Assembly: GCA_951406725.2 (NCBI GenBank)
Contig: OX597818.1
Coordinates: 10,478,001 to 10,542,000, forward strand
Reading direction: 5' to 3'
DNA: 64,000 nt
Source: Octopus vulgaris
Lineage: Eukaryota
The notes under the pieces are model-generated. The model saw only the letters and a list, made by a program, of their open reading frames with translations, had not been told where the DNA came from and ran no database searches. Positions 58,117-64,000 of this stretch are shown piece after piece. A program made the translations under genes and the position numbers. Every line of letters starts with the position of its first letter. Within the stretch, counting starts at the first letter, position 1.

Positions 58117-58722
58117 GGAGGTACTAGTGGAGGGAAGATTTGTAGATGTATTGGTGGATTCTGTGTGTGTGTGTGTGTGTGTGTGTATGCAACGTGGACA
58201 CTACGACGATATGGACGAGACCTATCTCACACAATGTTTAAAATGCATAGAATTTCGAACCGGGTCGCCAACTTGGTTTACTGGGTGTTTATTACCCACT
58301 TCAGGATGTATCTCTCTCTCTCTCCCTCTCTCCCTCTCTCCCTCTCTCTCAGTCTCTCCTCTATCTATCTATTTTTCTCTCCTCCCTCTCTCTCTCTCTC
58401 TCTCTTTCTCGCACTCTCTATCACTCTCCCTCGCATACACAAACACTCAATTCTGCGTGAGCATATCTACATATGAGCGTAAAGGTGTGATCGTGTTTGT
58501 GTGCCCGTGAAGAAAGAGCGTCATTGATTTAGAAGAGACATGGACAACCTTCTTCGTCGTGAGGCAGGCTATATGAGACCGGACTCATCATTATGTAAGC
58601 CATGCTACTAGAAAAACAAGTGAAGATACTTTTTCGTTGGACGTACCATTCACGTTGCCCCATGATTGGTTTAGAAGTTTGATTCGCACTCATCAATTCA
58701 CTAATATTATCAAAATGACTAA

Positions 58723-59162
58723 GGCGGCGAGCTGGCAGAAGCGTTAGCACGCCGGGCGAAATGCGTAGCCGTATTTCGTCTGCCGCTACGTTCTGAGTTC
58801 AAATTCCGCCGAGGTCGACTTTGCCTTTCATCCTTTCGGGGTCGATAAATTGAGTACCATTTACATACTGAGGTCGATTTAATCTACAAGCCCCTCCCTA
58901 AAAATTTCGGTTCTTGTGCCTAGTGTAGAAAAGAATGTTATCAAAATGAGCAAGACGGTGATCTGGCAGAATCGTTGGCACGCCGGGCGACATGCTTAGT
59001 GGCATTTCGTCTTTGCGTGCTGAGTTTAGATTCCGCCGAGGTCGACTTTGCCTTTCATCCTTTAGGCGGTCGATAAAATAGTACCAATTGATCTCTGAAG
59101 TCGATCTAATCGATTTATACCTCCCACGAAATTGCTGGCCTTGTGCCAGAATTTGAAATCAA
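58723..59162 (+). mobile_element. two head-to-tail SINE family B copies
   Basis: A young copy at 58723-58935 is flanked by TTATCAAAATGA direct repeats (58707, 58938) and followed by an older copy. Confidence 0.88.
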
Positions 59163-59955
59163 TTTTATAAAGATAGACTCTAATGGTCTCTAAACCTCGA
59201 GAATAGAGGAGAGGGAAACTGAATGGAAATCCATTGAGTGGACTCTATCTGTCATCACAACGATTCTACCCGTAAGTTACGTTAACGTAGAACTGCTTAA
59301 TCTTTTTGACTCCGTGGTGCACTAGAGATCAAATATAAAAAAAACTGGCGAAGTTCGCATGGAAAGTTAACGCAGCATATTTTAAAATCAAACATTTAGG
59401 AGGAAAAAAAAAAACACACAGAAAACCTATTGATCGCCTTGTTTTATTAATCAGACTTGTGTATAACAAAATATGAATAACACGTTTTCCAAGAAGATCA
59501 ATCATCTTGTATAGATTTTCTAAAGCCTTAAATTATATTTTTAAAATTCCGCGGTGCACCGTTTGAAAGCTACTTCGTTAAGGGTACAAATGCTGTGTAA
59601 TGCAAATGATTTTTATGTTGTGTGGTCGTGTGTAGCAGTATAAGGTGTGGTTCTCTTATCTTTTATCTTTTACGTGATTCATTCATTTGACTGCAGCCAC
59701 GCTGGGGCACCGCCTTGAAGAATTTCTAGTCGAATAAATCGACCCCAGTCCTTTATTTCTTTTTAAACTTAGTACTTATTCTATCGATCCTTTTGCTGAA
59801 CCGCTATTGTTACCACACTAACACTGGTCGTCAAGCGGTAGTGGGGGGATGCAAAAACACACACACACATGCATGCATGCATACATCCATCCATCCATTC
59901 ATCCATATATATACATACATACATACATATATATATATGTATATATATATAAATG

Positions 59956-60026
<71 letters not shown>

Positions 60027-60156
60027 ATGTATGTATGTATATATGATATTAAGTATGTTATATATAGGGAGAATTCACAAAAGAATTAAAAAACGAAGAC
60101 TGGTGGTGTAGATAGCAAACGGATGTATTAGTATAATGCTCGGGAAGTGAAAAAGT

Positions 60157-60192
60157 CTTTAACGTTTCGAGCCTACGCTCTTCCACAGAAAG
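60157..60192 (-). ncRNA. minimal type I hammerhead-like motif (A6U variant)
   Basis: Minus strand: cttt CTGTGGA a gagc-gtag-gctc GAAAC GTT aaag. Stems I and II are perfect and stem III is the ACGT palindrome. Confidence 0.6.
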
Positions 60193-60266
60193 GAACACAG
60201 AAAGCCGTAGAAGTGTAGGTAGAAACGACAAAAGGTAAAAGCAGAAAGTACAAAAAAAAATTTAGA

Positions 60267-60338
<72 letters not shown>

Positions 60339-60617
60339 ACATATGTATATATAATATTAAGTATGTTATAAAAAAGTATGGTCTATTTACGGAATACTCA
60401 TAGAGAGCCAATGCGATCCCCTCCTGTACCCATAAATTTCACTCTACATTTCTGAAAAACCTGTAAAATTAGATCTAGTAGGTAATTAAATTAGAATAAT
60501 GTTTGTAGTTATAATTACGGCTCCCCAGTATGTGATCATTTGCATACTAGCTGTAAAACATTTTATTAGGAATTTTTTATTCTGCTTTAATAGTATAATG
60601 GCAGCTACCAAGGAGTA

Positions 60618-60705
60618 CATCATCCTGATGATGAGACATTGCATTTATGGAGGTTTTAATTTTTAGCCCTGACCGGCAATGTACCCCTGAAACGGCCGTA
60701 TATGG
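60618..60705 (+). ncRNA. type I hammerhead motif, eroded stems
   Basis: catc CTGATGA tgag-acattgc..gcaatgt-acccct GAAAC ggcc GTA tatg, with palindrome ACGGCCGT. Lies in an AT-rich unit at ~60370-61150. Confidence 0.65.
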
Positions 60706-61327
60706 AAACATCAAACACTCCACCCACCCACCTATTTTCGGATCCTATTTTATTTATTGTTCTTAACCTTGATATCTTGCGTCACTTCTATCTCATATCC
60801 TAGATGTATAAGGAATTTTTAGACGATTTAGGTGGTTTGCCATTTTGAAGGTTGACGTTTTTATTCCTATATTTGTCATCCTCTCATTCGTTTTGCTCCT
60901 CCTATAACGCATAACTCTTTACATTTTATATGTATTATATGTATTTTTATATGCTTTTATATTTCTTCCATATTTTTATGTATGTTTGATTTTATTCTTT
61001 ATACTCTTAGAGGATCTTTACGCCTGTGCATGCTTGATTTATGTTGATGTGTATAAATATTATATGATTCAATTACATTGATTGAATATCTTCATTTATG
61101 CGTTCGGGAATCTGTTTGACAGCGTATGATTTGCGTTTTCAATTACATCTACTCTGTATTATATATATATATAAGGTAAAGGCTATTAGGCAACATAATG
61201 TGGCTGTCCTGTAAGGGACGATGTTACTGTTGTTTTAGCCCCAAGAAACATTATTTCCAGCTGGCCATACGACACAGTATCTGTCCTTATATTTTCGAAC
61301 AGGGAAACAACATAGCGCAAAACAACA

Positions 61328-61370
61328 TCTGTGAACTAGTTCCTGGGTTATTGCCCTTTATCAACACAGA
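61328..61370 (-). ncRNA. type I hammerhead motif, U3-A8 variant
   Basis: Minus strand: tctgtg TTGATAA a ggg..ccc a GGAAC ta GTT cacaga. Perfect 6-bp stem I, with an A13G lesion. Confidence 0.6.
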
Positions 61371-61537
61371 GTAGCTGCTTGGCCAGATGGCGTTGCTGAA
61401 TTCCCCGTTCGAAATATATAGTTTGCAAAGTGACACACAGTCACTTATCTAAAAATAGAAATATAATTTTTTTTAATTTCCCAAAGAGAGACATTCAGTA
61501 ACAGTTCTTTAAAGTAAAGGCTATTTGCTAACATAAT

Positions 61538-61575
61538 GTGGTTGATAAAGGGCAATAGCCCAGAAACTAGTCAAC
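61538..61575 (+). ncRNA. type I hammerhead motif, U3-A8 variant, stem I disrupted
   Basis: TTGATAA a gggc-aata-gccc a GAAAC ta GTC, with palindrome ACTAGT. Confidence 0.6.
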
Positions 61576-62639
61576 CGATGTTGCTTTGTGCTAGATGGGC
61601 GTGCTAAGCTCCCATTTCGAAAATAAGAAGACACAGATATTGCGTCGTACAGCCAGCTAGAAATGATGTTTCAAAAGTAACATCGTCCCTTACAGGACAG
61701 CCATATTATGTTGGCAAATAGTCTTTACTTTAAAGAACTGTTACTGAATGTCTCTCTTTGAGAGATTTTAAAATTATATATATGACAGGCTCCTTTTATT
61801 TTCCGCCTACCTAGTCACAAGGCCTTGGTCAACCCGAGGCCTCAGAAGAAGACTCTTGCTCCAAGGTGCTACGCAGTGGTTCATTTACGTTCATTAATAG
61901 TGAAACATTTAAGTTTTAATTGTAAGAAAATAAACACGGCTGCGTAGTAAGAAGCTTGCTTCCCAACCACACATGATTCTGGGTTCAGTCCTAGTGCGCA
62001 GCACCTTGGGGAATTGTCTTCTACGATAGCCTCGGGCCGACCAATGCCTTGCGAGTGGGTTTCGTTGATGGAAACTAAAAGAAGCCCGTGTGTGTGGTTT
62101 GGTATGTTTACGTTCCCATAACTTAGGGGTTCGGCAAAAGGATATCAGGCTTTAGAAAACATAAGTACTGGGCTCGATTTGTTCTACTAAAATTCTACAA
62201 GACGGCGCTCCAGCATGGCCGGAGTCTGACTGAAACAAAATAAAAGATAAAAGGCGTCTCCAGCAATTAATAGACGCAGTTCATGCATTAATGCTACGTA
62301 TGGCTGTGTGTCACACCTGCCGCTTTCATTGTCCATATTGTTTAACACCAGGTAAATTCTGAGCGGTTAGACGTTCTGTAATATTTTATCGTGCCAATCA
62401 GTTTCTCAGAATAAATTCACTCGATCTTCATTATTTTATAAGCGGCATGGTCTGATTTGAGAGAAATATAGCTGCTATTTCTAACGAGTCAAGTGACCGT
62501 GTAAAGAAGTTTTCATTGGCTCGTGTTGTGTGTTTGATGGGGATTACATAAATAAATCACTGGTTAATAAAATTCATTCACATACGCTCGAATAACTATG
62601 AGAAAACATAAGTGTAGATAAGAGAATTGCTAGGTAGTG

Positions 62640-63060
62640 TAAAGAACGAACGAATCAAAAGAAGGAATCAGATTTAAACAACAAACGAATGAAAATATAA
62701 ACAAGAAACTAATCAAATATAGAGAAGGAATCAAATATAGAGAAATAAAATTATAGAAAACGTTTCTATAAAGAACAAACGAATTAAATATAAGAACGAA
62801 ATTAAATATAGAGAATGAAAGAAAAAAATATCAAATACATAATTAAATGATGAATTAAATGCTAGAAAAAAATAACGAATCGATATGAAAGACCGAACCA
62901 AATATATAACGAAACGACGAATGAAATATATAAGGAAAGAATGAATGAAATGTTTAAGACCGAATCAATATCATGGAACAAGGAATCAAATATACAATGA
63001 GTGAATCAAAGAAAGAAGGGGTGAAATATAAAAGAAAAGAAAAAAATGCCGAGTCAGTAC
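62640..63060. repeat. degenerate purine-rich minisatellite (GAATCAAATATAGAGAA-like)
   Basis: Recurring GAATCAAATATA / GAATGAAATATA / GAATTAAATATA units. Confidence 0.7.
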
Positions 63061-63291
63061 CATGAAAGAACGAACCATTGCTAAAGACTGGTTTCTTTTT
63101 TATTTATGTATTTATTTTGATTTGCTAGTTTCAGCTCGAGAGCTGCGGCCATGCTAGGGCAATTTATTTTTCTTTTAATTTTATCGTACGTTTAGGTTCA
63201 CATGTCACACAGGACCTCCAGTCAATGTGTTGGGGATAGTTAAGTGCAGTTTTGACTCGTAAGTTGTTGGACGGATGGTATAGCGCAGAGG

Positions 63292-63524
63292 AAGGCGGCG
63301 AGCTAGCAGAAACGTTAGCACGCCGGGCGAAATGCTAAGCGGTATTTCGTTTGTCGCTACGTTCTGAGTTCAAATTCCGCCGAGGTCGACTTTGCCTTTC
63401 ATCTTTTCCGGGTCGATAAATTAAGTACCAGTTACACACTGGAGTCGATATAATCGACTTAATCCGTTTGTCTGTCCTTGTTTGTCCTCTCTGTGTTTAG
63501 CCCCTTGTGTGTAGTAAAGAAATA
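63292..63524 (+). mobile_element. young SINE family B with perfect 15-bp TSD
   Basis: TSD GGTATAGCGCAGAGG at 63277-63291 and 63525-63539. Confidence 0.93.
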
Positions 63525-64000
63525 GGTATAGCGCAGAGGTTCTCAATGTAAGCGGTACCGACCCCAGCGGGGTCATGTCGAAGGGAGCGTTAGGCTTTTG
63601 TAAGGGCGGTGAGATAACATTAACATAGTAAATTTTACCAATAGTAGTAATTATATTATACATGACAAAACTACTAATGATTAGTAAAATAAAATCAGGC
63701 ACAGGGAAATCGTTAACTTGGAATGTATAAAGTAACTTTACGACTTTGTCTTTGTAAATTTTATATCATTTCACTGTTGAAAGCTTATACAACCCATTCT
63801 GTCTCTTTTTCTCCGATAAATGGGACAGCCCTGAAATGCTTCCTTTGTCTCCTACCCTACATCTCTACCCAACATGAACTCATCAAATCTGGTGAACACA
63901 CACACACATATATATATATACACACACACACACATACTCTGAGTTCAAATTTTGGCACACGGCCAGCAGTTTCGAGAGCGGGATGGGGGGGGGGGGGGCT

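Larger units (their letters stand above)
61173..61780. mobile_element. compound inverted-repeat element with two hammerhead variants (Penelope pLTR-like)
   Basis: 61173-61365 is the reverse complement of 61541-61733. 61461-61541 is the reverse complement of ~61701-61780. Bounded by (TA)n. Confidence 0.8.

Noticed and set aside
59290-59575. Possible decayed hAT MITE with CGCGGTGCAC subterminal motifs
   Set aside because: TIRs and TSD are too eroded to define.

Overview
This is AT-rich, extremely microsatellite-dense eukaryotic non-coding DNA (intergenic or a very long intron). The SINE families and (TA/CATA/GATA)n load suggest an octopod cephalopod, which is an inference. I can support no intact host protein-coding exon: nearly all supplied ORFs are translations of microsatellites or SINEs. 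The window holds about 25 copies or fragments of a tRNA-headed SINE with an internal microsatellite (family A) and about 15 copies of a second SINE (family B). It also holds several modular tRNA-headed SINEs that swap central and tail domains, two non-autonomous Helitrons, hAT-type MITEs, a decayed R4/Dong-like RLE retrotransposon 3' end and possible L1/Tx1 remnants. The main hidden signal is about 10-12 type I hammerhead-ribozyme motifs (CUGANGA..GAAAC-palindrome-GUH closed by stem I) from at least 7 unrelated sequence families. Most sit in short (roughly 100-350 bp) non-coding units bounded by microsatellites, some with inverted-repeat architecture, consistent with Penelope-like pseudo-LTRs or retrozyme-like elements. 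Two families carry recurrent core variants: a compensatory U3-A8 pair and A6U. Family letters A-F are my own labels, and element boundaries were read by eye and are approximate.
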